A DNA stretch of 64,000 bases, from the NCBI RefSeq assembly GCF_001194135.2, contig NC_068991.1, positions 6,924,780 through 6,988,779 on the forward strand, read 5' to 3'. Shown piece by piece: positions 52,388-62,277 of this stretch; within the stretch, counting starts at the first letter, position 1; each line of letters begins with the position of its first letter. The notes beneath the pieces are model-generated. The model saw only the letters and a program-made list of their open reading frames with translations. It ran no database searches and had not been told where the DNA came from. This stretch comes from Octopus bimaculoides (taxonomy: Eukaryota). Position numbers and translations under genes: made by a program.

Positions 52388-53871
52388 ATGTGTGTAGGTA
52401 GAACAATGGATCTTCGTGTTGCTTGAAGTGCTACATTATGGCGAAACGAGTAGGTGTAATATAAATTAGGATATCCAGCTATTTTATATATAAAAACTCA
52501 GTGTCCCGTTAATAAATAACATACACGGGTATATAATATCGTCGCCCAAAATATGATGTCAGCCTTATATGTTATATTTAATAACTTGTTCTTGTATCAA
52601 AGAATATAAATGCTCGTCTGTCGACAAAAACTGTTTTAGAAACTAATCGAATTAGCAAACTTAACGTGTAGTGTAGACCCGATGCAATTCAAATCATAAG
52701 AAACACTTGCGAAAGGTAAAACACACAAAATATTTGGTATAGGTGTTAAATAGTTCAAACTTTGATTGACTTTGTTCAATATCTTTTCTCATTACGAAAA
52801 GAAGTTATAATGTTCTCCTCGGAACTACAGCGATCAAATAGTCTCTACCGTGTTATTACAACAAACTTCTGAAGTTCTTTAGGCGAAACGCAAGACAAGT
52901 TGTAAAGGAACGGTGTGGGCAACGGAATCTTTATTGACAGAAATATTAATGTCTCCTAACTTGCAAAAATATCCTCAAGAGCCAGAATTGTGAATCGAAG
53001 GAATAGGATGCAAGTCCCGTGATAACGGGTAACATTCCGGAGGTGATCTTCCCAACAACTATAGAAAAACAGAGCCTTTCTCATAACATAGAAGAAAGTC
53101 TGTAGTGGATTTCGCTTCACACCGGTATAAATTTCAGGTTTCTAACATTATCGACCCAGAGCGACGAAAGGCGAAGTTGATAACGAATTAAGCGGAAAGA
53201 CAAATTATAGAAAAGCGAGATACTTAACCACTTGTCATTGCAATCACTTAAATAATGATATGTCGGGTTGCTATAAAGCTATCAGTTTTTAAGGGAGAAC
53301 TATAAAGGATTTAAACAACCCCGATACATGTACTGTACTTATAAATTAAATAATAAATACGGACTTCGGTCGCTTCAAAAAAAAAAATGATTATAGCTTG
53401 ATAAGTTCTGTCACATGAAATATTTGCCATAAAGTGCATTGTGCTTATTCATTATGAAAAAAATATGTTGTACGAATAATCGAATGTATTTTGCATTTAT
53501 TTCTCCAGCCTGTTAGCATTTTTTCATTCATCAAACGCGTTATTGTAGCATGTACTCTTAATTTTTATAGTTGGCGTCAGATCTGGTGTGTGAAAGGCAC
53601 TCCCAATCCGAACAAATCTACATCGGTTCGGAAAGGATATACAACAGTGTATCTCAATGTCACAATAACGATAACAAAATAGTAATTGAAATAAAGAATT
53701 ATACAAGGTGTTGTGCTGCTAGAGATGTATAAAAGAAACGGAGCGAATTATCTCATCGCCTTTAAAATACTGCGACATACCAAGTGGAATATGAATAAGA
53801 CAACTGATGAACGGGAAGTAAAAGTGATTATATGTTAAAAAGAAATGAATAAACGAGAATCCTGTTCCTAC

Positions 53872-53950
53872 CGTAACATGCAATAGATCCGATTTGAATT
53901 TGTAATGGGAGTTTTTCCAATATTGGAACAGCTTCGTAGGCACAAGGCAT
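53872..53950 (-). CDS. VPS39: VPS39 exon 1 (start codon)
   Basis: MPCAYEAVPILEKLPLQIQIGSIACY + G|gtagg donor; 79 nt, ends phase 1; human MHDAFEPVPILEKLPLQIDCLAAW. Confidence 0.93.
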
Positions 53951-54324
53951 ATTTAAAACATGAGATAAACACGCTAACAAGGATGCGTAAATCTCCCCCT
54001 CTCTCCTCTTCCTTCACTTACAGCTTGTTTGTGTCATGTGACCAGAATCATACACGAAAGAGTTACACTCAAGTCTGATAACTTCAGTTGGTCTGCATCG
54101 TACTGTAAACTTTGATTACCGTACTGTAAACTTTGAAAGACTTGGGCAGTGTGCGAAATTTGAATGGTAGTATAAACTTGATTAACTACTTTATAATCAC
54201 TTTAGATTGAAATTCATTACAAAATATATTTGATTTCTTCTATTTTTTTATGATTATATTGATGTTATAAGATTAATTCCTTCGCGTTGTTAAAAGTGAA
54301 AGTAGTGAAACTATCTCCGCCATT
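53951..54324. promoter_or_regulatory. Putative bidirectional promoter / 5'UTRs shared by VPS39 and TRPT1
   Basis: 374 bp between divergent ATGs; contains GTCATGTGAC (54033-54042) and a 17-bp direct repeat CGTACTGTAAACTTTGA (54099-54115, 54120-54136). Confidence 0.7.
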
Positions 54325-55095
54325 ATGAATCCCTGTGAACGAAGTAGATATCCCGATTATTCTTCAAATAATAACAGTCGGCAAAACTATAAAACTTCCA
54401 GGGGTGCCAGTCATCGTCGAGATAACAGAACTGAAACATGCGATTACCGTAACCAAAATAGGCAACCACGAAGACATCATCCATATAGACCTGATCTGGA
54501 TGTTGTTGCTCTTTCAAAGTATCTCTCTTTCATTTTGCGTCACCCAAAGAAAGATTCGAGACTGCAAATGGATGAAGAAGGATATATATACGTTAAAGAT
54601 ATTTTAAAAACGTGGAAATTCCGTAATCTGGGATTGCAAGATGTTTTACATATCGTAGAAACTAATGACAAGCAGCGATTTGCTGTTAAACAAGATGTTT
54701 ATGAACGTTTCATGATACGAGCTACTCAGGGACATTCAGTAGAAGTAAATCTTCGTTTGGAACCAATTTTAGATCCGGAACACTTTCCTAAAGTGGTTCA
54801 TGGAACCACGTACGAAGCTTGGCAGTTCATTCGGTGCGAAGGCTTAAAGAAAATGAACCGCGCATACATACATTTTGCTATAGGTATGCCAGAGGATTCT
54901 GGTGTCATCAGCGGTATGCGCAGTTCGAGCGAAATATGCATTTTTATCAACTTGGCAAAAGCTCTGTATTTTGGAATTAAATTTTTCCTTTCGGAAAATA
55001 TGGTGATATTAAGCCAAGGAGACCAGGATGGTAGAATTCACCCTACGTTCTTCCTTTATGCTGTGGATAGAAAGACACGTAAATATGTACACTGA
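54325..55095 (+). CDS. TRPT1: tRNA 2'-phosphotransferase 1 (Tpt1/KptA family), single-exon CDS, 256 aa
   Basis: Uninterrupted ORF with family motifs LSKYLSFILRH, NDKQRF, IRATQGHS, VVHGT, MNRAYIHFA, VISGMR, SENMVILSQGDQDGRIHP. The eukaryote-type insert GMPEDSGVISGMR is present. AATAAA at 55235-55240. Confidence 0.96.
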   Translation: MNPCERSRYPDYSSNNNSRQNYKTSRGASHRRDNRTETCDYRNQNRQPRRHHPYRPDLDVVALSKYLSFILRHPKKDSRLQMDEEGYIYVKDILKTWKFRNLGLQDVLHIVETNDKQRFAVKQDVYERFMIRATQGHSVEVNLRLEPILDPEHFPKVVHGTTYEAWQFIRCEGLKKMNRAYIHFAIGMPEDSGVISGMRSSSEICIFINLAKALYFGIKFFLSENMVILSQGDQDGRIHPTFFLYAVDRKTRKYVH

Positions 55096-55427
55096 AAAAA
55101 ATTATATTTTGAGGCATTTCAACATTTACGATGGAATAGATAGGTTTGCTTTGCTAATATATATAAAAGGAAATAAGAGGCAATCTTAACATTTTCTTTT
55201 CGAAATATTTTCCTTGTCCGCTTATATGATACAAAATAAAATCAAAGTTGTAAATCGAAACCTTTCAAAACTTACATCGTGACTATTACTAATCACAAAT
55301 GTTTAATTTTTATAAAGATCATAACCAAACTGATTAATTCTATCAATATCACAATGTTTCTAACATCAATTTATATCCATTACGTTTGCTATTGATTTGA
55401 GCAATTCCTATCTATGTAAGAAAACCC

Positions 55428-55612
55428 GGTACTACTAAGGCAGCGCGGACCCGAACGCGCTAGCTAGTCTTGAGTGGTCGATCCTAACCCTAACCCTAAC
55501 CCGCGTGTGCAAATGAATACGTGTTTAGGGTTAGGGTTAGGATCGACCACTCACGACTAGCTAGCGCCGACGCGCGACTGCGCGTTCGGGTCCGCGCTGC
55601 TTTAGTAGTACC
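55428..55612. mobile_element. 185-bp foldback MITE (Merlin- or Mutator-like) with internal telomeric repeats
   Basis: Termini GGTACTACTAA..TTAGTAGTACC; arms pair over almost the full length; flanked by perfect 9-bp direct repeat AGAAAACCC (55419-55427, 55613-55621); CCTAACCCTAACCCTAA at 55483-55499 and TTAGGGTTAGGGTTAGG at 55525-55541. Confidence 0.85.
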
Positions 55613-58600
55613 AGAAAACCCTAATTATTTTCCTGATCGTCTATTATAATCATTTGTTTATTAAATAACTTGTTATTTTTGCCAGTAGGTTTCAGTCTAA
55701 TGTTACCAATTCTGCTTGTGTTTTAAAGATAAACTTTATTTTTACATACCGATAATGAACTTTTTTTGATCAACACCTTTTCATTTAAGGTGTTGATCAC
55801 CCGTTTTTTATATATGGGTCTCTTTAATTATCATTTTATTCTCGTGGACAGTCGATGTTAAAAAATAATGTTTAGGTTGAACTATGGAAAATGTTAGAGA
55901 AAGAAACCTANNNNNNNNNNNNNNNNNNNNNNNNNNNNNNNNNNNNNNNNNNNNNNNNNNNNNNNNNNNNNNNNNNNNNNNNNNNNNNNNNNNNNNNNNN
56001 NNNNNNNNNNNNNNNNNNNNNNNNNNNNNNNNNNNNNNNNNNNNNNNNNNNNNNNNNNNNNNNNNNNNNNNNNNNNNNNNNNNNNNNNNNNNNNNNNNNN
56101 NNNNNNNNNNNNNNNNNNNNNNNNNNNNNNNNNNNNNNNNNNNNNNNNNNNNNNNNNNNNNNNNNNNNNNNNNNNNNNNNNNNNNNNNNNNNNNNNNNNN
56201 NNNNNNNNNNNNNNNNNNNNNNNNNNNNNNNNNNNNNNNNNNNNNNNNNNNNNNNNNNNNNNNNNNNNNNNNNNNNNNNNNNNNNNNNNNNNNNNNNNNN
56301 NNNNNNNNNNNNNNNNNNNNNNNNNNNNNNNNNNNNNNNNNNNNNNNNNNNNNNNNNNNNNNNNNNNNNNNNNNNNNNNNNNNNNNNNNNNNNNNNNNNN
56401 NNNNNNNNNNNNNNNNNNNNNNNNNNNNNNNNNNNNNNNNNNNNNNNNNNNNNNNNNNNNNNNNNNNNNNNNNNNNNNNNNNNNNNNNNNNNNNNNNNNN
56501 NNNNNNNNNNNNNNNNNNNNNNNNNNNNNNNNNNNNNNNNNNNNNNNNNNNNNNNNNNNNNNNNNNNNNNNNNNNNNNNNNNNNNNNNNNNNNNNNNNNN
56601 TTTCAAAAATTTTTTTTTCAGAATCGGAATCTCCATAGCCTAAAACGTGGGATTCCGTAAAAAAAAATTAATAAATAAGTGGGGGAAAGGTTCAGATTAC
56701 ATATAGTCCATCTCTACCCTCCGGTTTTTATTAGTCTTCAGTGAAAACTAAGTATATTAGTTTTGCATTGATATATAGCTATTTAAAATATTTACGAAGG
56801 ATGCAGATTCTCCATTTTCTTTTTTTTTTTCTCACAGCAACTCGCCTAGCAGAGTTAACTGGTGAGGCGCTATTGTTAATATATTGCTTAATTTGAGATC
56901 GCCTATTACTGCGGAAAAAATATTAAAAAACACATACACTGTTATATTCAATCTCGTTTTATTTTCTAATCGTTTTGTAATTCATTTACTGTTTCTTCAT
57001 AAATCTCGTAAAATCGGCAATAAAATGTCTTCAAAAATTACAACTAAGTTTTCTATCACTCCTGCTTTACTGATAACTTAAATGTCAACGAAATAACGGA
57101 CGAATCTAAATTCACATGTAAAGTTAAACCTTGCGAAATTATAAAATTCAAAGAAAATCACTTATTAGTTTGGCTGCTGCGAAAGATTTACTATTAAGGA
57201 TGTGTAATATTTAACTTCCTTTTCCTGGAAAAATGTCACAAGATGCGACCAACTTTCATTTTAAAGTTTCAGAATAAAGGTACGTAACTCAACGTACTTA
57301 AACCTCGTTTATTTCTATATTCTTTTATTCTACAATTCGATATTCAACAAAGGAATGTAGATGAATGCTGATTCTTTCATGTTTGGCAGAGGTTCCATGT
57401 AAAAGAAAACAAATTATTAAACAGAAATAGAATTTTGTTTTTTTTCAGTGAGAGTCCTTTTAAGATAAAATAAGGTCAAGCGTTTGGCTGTGAAGGGAGG
57501 TAACTCAACAGACTGGACAAACTTCCTATAGGAATTTTATTATGTCCCGTTAAATTGACATTCTACTATTTTTAGGGTAAACACTTGTGGAATCTCAATT
57601 CACATTAAACCTGGTACTTAATCTTATTAGTCTCTTTTAACTGATACTTCAACTTGTCGACTCGGAGTGAATAAAAGAAAATCTTCATCTCGGTGGAATC
57701 TGAACTGGACGTAAAGAGCTAGAACGTATACCGCGGAGCATTTTTTACCTGATGCTCTAATAATTCTGCCTAACCGATTGTTCTCAAATTTGATTTGTCG
57801 AGTTACGTCCCTTTAGACCCTGAACTGATACCCACCTTTTTTTTTTTTTATATTTGACACTCCATCGTCATATATCTGAAAACGGGTGATATTGGAATTT
57901 CAAAAGTTGTAGAAGAACAGGGCTACAGAAAAAATGAAACGAATTTATCTAACAACCACAATGTATAGAAATTTTATTGGTCTATAGAAATAGACCAATA
58001 AAACTTTAAAAGCAATTCTTTTGCTTAGTTTCTTGAATTGAATTACCCTTGTACTTGTATTTTAGCTCCACAAATCCGCCACTACTATCCCCATCCACAT
58101 ACATCATCATCGGTCTAATGTCCTCCTTTGCAGGCTTGCATACCTCACAGCCATGAAATAAAAAGGGATTGATAACCCAGGTGAAACACTTCATAAGCGC
58201 TCTGTAAATGAAGATACATGAGGCTAACAATAATATTGTTATAGATGTGGGAATTCTGATAATCTGAACTCAACAAAATGTCATTAGTCAAATTTGTAAA
58301 CCCTCAGTGTGGTTACCAAATGAAATTGGTACATTACTAGAGTGGTGTATAAAATACACACAAATAACGGATTTATTCATGTACTCATGGCTAACACATG
58401 TTTCTGATAAATATTAGAGAGATCTAGTTCTGTAGCTGTATTAATCAATCTAATCCTTAGTTGAGCAACAACAAAAATATAGAGGATGTCTCACACTTTT
58501 GTCTTCCTCAAATCTACAATAAACTGACTACCAAAAGAAAGGAATTCAACCAAAATGTTATTTGGAAACTAGGTCATCTATTTTAAGCAAGTATCTCACT

Positions 58601-59251
58601 AGTTCTAAACAGGCAACATGGAGGGGGGGGGCTGTAATAGCAGTATCAAAGAACTGTAAATCTGACCATGAAAACAATTGGAATCTGATACCTTATATTG
58701 TTCAGGGTTGTTGCAGACAACAGGTATTGGAAATTACTACTAGATTTTGGAAAAAAACATGTTGACAGATTGATAACTTGCTGAATTAATTAAATAGGAA
58801 GAACAAATTAGAATCAGCTTCCAGTAAATAATACAAATAAGAATACTAATAAACACATTTCATAAAGAAGCCAAAATAAAACAGAGGGGACAACTAAAAT
58901 GATAATGCTGAAAAAAAGGGGCTGCAGAAAATTTATACAATAAATAAAGAATAATTAGAAAGGTACAGGATTGTTCTCTATTTTTCAGTCAGTTAATTAT
59001 AGATTGAGGGATTAATACAATTGGACTATAGAACTAGATCCTCTAATATTTTGCAGAAACATGTATAAAATCGATTATCTGTTTTATATATGCATATACA
59101 CTAACAGAGATGCCCGGCATTGCTTGGGATTAAAATGGCAGTTTCTTATTGTTTTACTTGTTTCAGTCATGTGACTGCAGCCACATAGAATAAGTACTTG
59201 GCTTACAAAGAATAAATCTCACTCTTAGTTGAAGAAATCTACCCCGGGAGT

Positions 59252-59560
59252 GGGTGCTTTTTATGTGCCACCGGCACAGGAGCGACTCAGGCAGACCTGC
59301 CATTGATCATGTTCAGACAGTGCTTTTTATGTACCACTGGCACAGGAGCCAGTCAGTGGGTACTGGCATCAGCCACGTTCAGATGGTGCATTTTACGAGC
59401 CATCGGTATGGGAGCCAGTCAGGAGGACCTGGCATCGACCATGTTCGGATGGTACGTTTTACAGGAGCCAATCAAGAGGACACTGGCATCGACCACGTTC
59501 GCATGATGCATTTTATGTGCCACCGGAATGGGAGCCAGTCAGGGAGCACTCACCACAGCT
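59252..59560. repeat. Tandem array of ~5 x ~66-bp SINE-B body modules
   Basis: Recurring gtgc.tttt-atgtgccaccggcac.ggagccagtcag..actggcatc.gccacgttc.gat. Confidence 0.8.
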
Positions 59561-60283
59561 ACGATTTTGGCTTTTCTTGATTCAACAGGTCTTCTCAAGC
59601 ATATCATATCGCCCAACGTATCAAGGGTACTCTTAAATGGGCTGGATATGCAACACTGGAATTGGTGATGGCAGCAATCTCACTTTAGTTGCCAGGTCTT
59701 CTCAATCAAAGAATATCACCAAAGGTCTGTCTCCTATATATATATATATATATGCGAGTAAAAATAAATACAAAAAAGGTGGATTTTTTTGTATGATTGT
59801 GTATAGAGGAATATATTATTTTGCTTAAAAGAGTTCCAACACTGTCTGTTTTTTATATTTTATTTATATTCCTGCAGAACTAATGTGGGGTATAGAATAT
59901 GGAATATACAATATATAATGATATACAATATACAATATAAAATAAAAATGGATGACACCATGAAAGAAAGTATTGAATGTAGATGAAATATTGAGTGTTC
60001 AATATAAAGGATCAAATATATAAATATATATATATAAAGGCAACTCGAGTNNNNNNNNNNNNNNNNNNNNNNNNNNNNNNNNNNNNNNNNNNNNNNNNNN
60101 NNNNNNNNNNNNNNNNNNNNNNNNNNNNNNNNNNNNNNNNNNNNNNNNNNNNNNNNNNNNNNNNNNNNNNNNNNNNNNNNNNNNNNNNNNNNNNNNNNNN
60201 NNNNNNNNNNNNNNNNNNNNNNNNNNNNNNNNNNNNNNNNNNNNNNNNNNNNNNNNNNTATAAATATATATATATATATATCA

Positions 60284-60600
60284 ATCATCATCGTTTAACG
60301 TCCGCTTTCCATGCTAGCATGGGTTGGACGATTTGACTGAGGACTGGTGAAACCGGATGGCAACACCAGCCTCCAATCTGATTTGACAAGAGTTTCTACA
60401 GCTGGATGCCCTTCCTAACGCCAACCACTCAGAGAGTGTAGTGGGTGCTTTTATGTGTCACCGGCACGAAGGCCAGTCAGGCGGTACTGGCAACAGCCAC
60501 GCTCAAAATGGTGTATTTTATGTGCCACCCGCACAAGAGCCAGTCCAGGGGCACTGGCAACGATCTCGCTCGAAAATCCTACGAAGGCCAGTCAGGCGGT
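60284..60600 (-). mobile_element. SINE family B ((GAT)n tail, ~65-bp modular body)
   Basis: (CAT)n-gtttaacgtccgctttccatgctagcatggg..cccttcctaacgcc on plus; copies at 62685-62965, 25385-25785, 20870-21020, 28963-29105, 23885-24130, 3325-3670 and 8780-8975. Confidence 0.85.
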
Positions 60601-62007
60601 AAGGTAAAATTTCAGTGCTTCAATTAAAAACTAACAAATAAGAATACAACAAAAACAAAAGAAGACCACTGAAATTATTTGTTAAACGTTTATTTCCATT
60701 TTTTTTGTGTATGTTTGTATGTATGTTTGTAATGGGCATTTCACAAGATACACTATGCAAGATAAAAAAATTTTTTTTTGCTTGTAGTTCAACAACTGTT
60801 GAATATTAAAGATAGTTTTCAGAGCAGGAATGAAAAAGATGGTAAAGATAATTAAGAGATAGGACATAAATTAGGTTTTATTATTTTTTTTTTCCATTTA
60901 CACATTTTTTCCCTTCTTTTTCTTGTTTATTGGGTTTTTTTTGGTTTTTTTATTTTTATGTTTAATTTGTAGCCAAATCCTGCCCTGGAATAGCTCAGTC
61001 TGTACATTGTATTTCATCAGAGGAAACAAATGATAAATTCTATCCTTCCAGTCATTAATTGTAGGCCAATTAACCAAGTAGCTTTTGCACTAAATCAGTC
61101 GCAAAAACCAAAAAAGTTTTTTTAACGGAGAAAACTGAATAAAATCTGCTCAGAATGGAGTCCAAGACATTAATGCCAAAAACCTTCTGCTAAATGTAGT
61201 AATTAAAGTATCATCTAGCAGCATTATTATTACAACAGGTTACAGTGCCTGAAGCAAAACAGTGGCAGGAGCATGTTCAGTGTAGAAAACATGAAGACAA
61301 TACAACCATTTACTGTCAAATGGAATTATAAATATTTCAATATAGTATTTGCACCAAAATGGCACTGAAGACTCAAATAACTACAGGCATGATGAATATG
61401 TGGAGGGTTCAAATATTCAAAATAATATAATTCTGAATAAAAAAACCTGGTCAAAATGTCTTCAGCAATAATGAAGAGCCACAATAAAATATATATATAT
61501 ATTATATATATTATATATATATATATATACCCCACCCCAATGCCATTTTAAAATTTTGTCCCTACCCAACCCACTTTCTTACTTGACTTGTTCAAATGTA
61601 TCTACAAAATTAATACTATCATTGTTTCCTCTGTAGTTCAGTTGAGATTGCTCTGGAAGAATTCTGCACCAACATTTCAACTAGCCGTCATTCTCATCTC
61701 AAATTTTGGGGGGTTCTGAAAAATTAAAGGAAATGTTTTAGAATGTAAAAAACAAGCCCCAGCTTTAAACTAAATGAAAGCATAAAGGCTGTTACTTATA
61801 AAATAATGTGAGATATAATTACAATCATTGCTATTTTAAACTAATTTAGCATAATTCTTATGAAGATAATTAAGTTTTTAAGTACTTGAACATTGAAATG
61901 TTAAAATGTTATATATTTCTAAATTAACTCTTGCAATATAGGGACTAGAAAAAAAAAGAAAAGCCAACTTTAAATGAGGCTATAATGCTTCATGACAAGC
62001 TCTAAGG

Positions 62008-62277
62008 CAGAGGTTCTCAAACTTTTAGGGCCACCGCAACCCCTCAGTGCCCCCACCCCTATTTTCATGTATAAATAAATATTATATAATTTGTATACAA
62101 TATTATAATAATAATATAATAAATTCATGGCGTCCCCCAATCCACTGCCTTTCTCCCATAGCTCCTTTTACTCTACTGCCCCCACCCCTTCAGGCACAAG
62201 CGCCCATCTGGACTGTCTCAAAGCCCATGGGGTGGGGGTGGGGGTGCAGAGAGTAGCACCCACTTTGAGAACCTATG
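62008..62277. mobile_element. hAT (Charlie-like) MITE
   Basis: TIR CAGAGGTTCTCAAAC..TTTGAGAACCTATG; 8-bp TSD ctctaagg / ttctaagg (7 of 8 match). Confidence 0.75.

Larger units (their letters stand above)
10094..53950 (-). other. VPS39: VPS39 (Vam6/Vps39, HOPS complex subunit) gene envelope; 23 coding exons found, 3' end not found in window
   Basis: Hand translation of 23 minus-strand exons matches recalled human VPS39 co-linearly from MHDAFEPVPILEKLPLQI to ALNLLPANTQI..AEFLR. All introns are GT-AG and the splice phases chain without frameshift (2406 nt). Confidence 0.97.

Noticed and set aside
54016-54021. Minus-strand GTAAGT upstream of the VPS39 ATG (possible 5'UTR donor)
   Set aside because: The nearest AG would give an intron of only ~45 nt; cannot be supported without transcripts.
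54325-55095. Bacterial horizontal transfer or contamination as the origin of the intronless Tpt1
   Set aside because: Eukaryote-type motifs (PEDSGVISGMR, SEN.VIL.QG..DG.I.P), contiguity with VPS39 exon 1 and a downstream AATAAA argue against it; not formally excluded without a phylogeny.
55483-55541. Telomeric repeats as a real telomere, fusion scar or G-quadruplex
   Set aside because: Only ~3 units per arm, enclosed in a TSD-flanked element; fewer than four GGG tracts per strand.
58562-58765. RGGAVIAVSK, resembling a CR1/L2 endonuclease motif; similarly WNINSI at ~63828
   Set aside because: Single short motifs with no extended similarity.
59252-59560. Regularly spaced repeats that superficially resemble a CRISPR array
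   Set aside because: Whole ~66-bp units are homologous (no unique spacers), the context is eukaryotic and there are no cas genes; it is a SINE VNTR.
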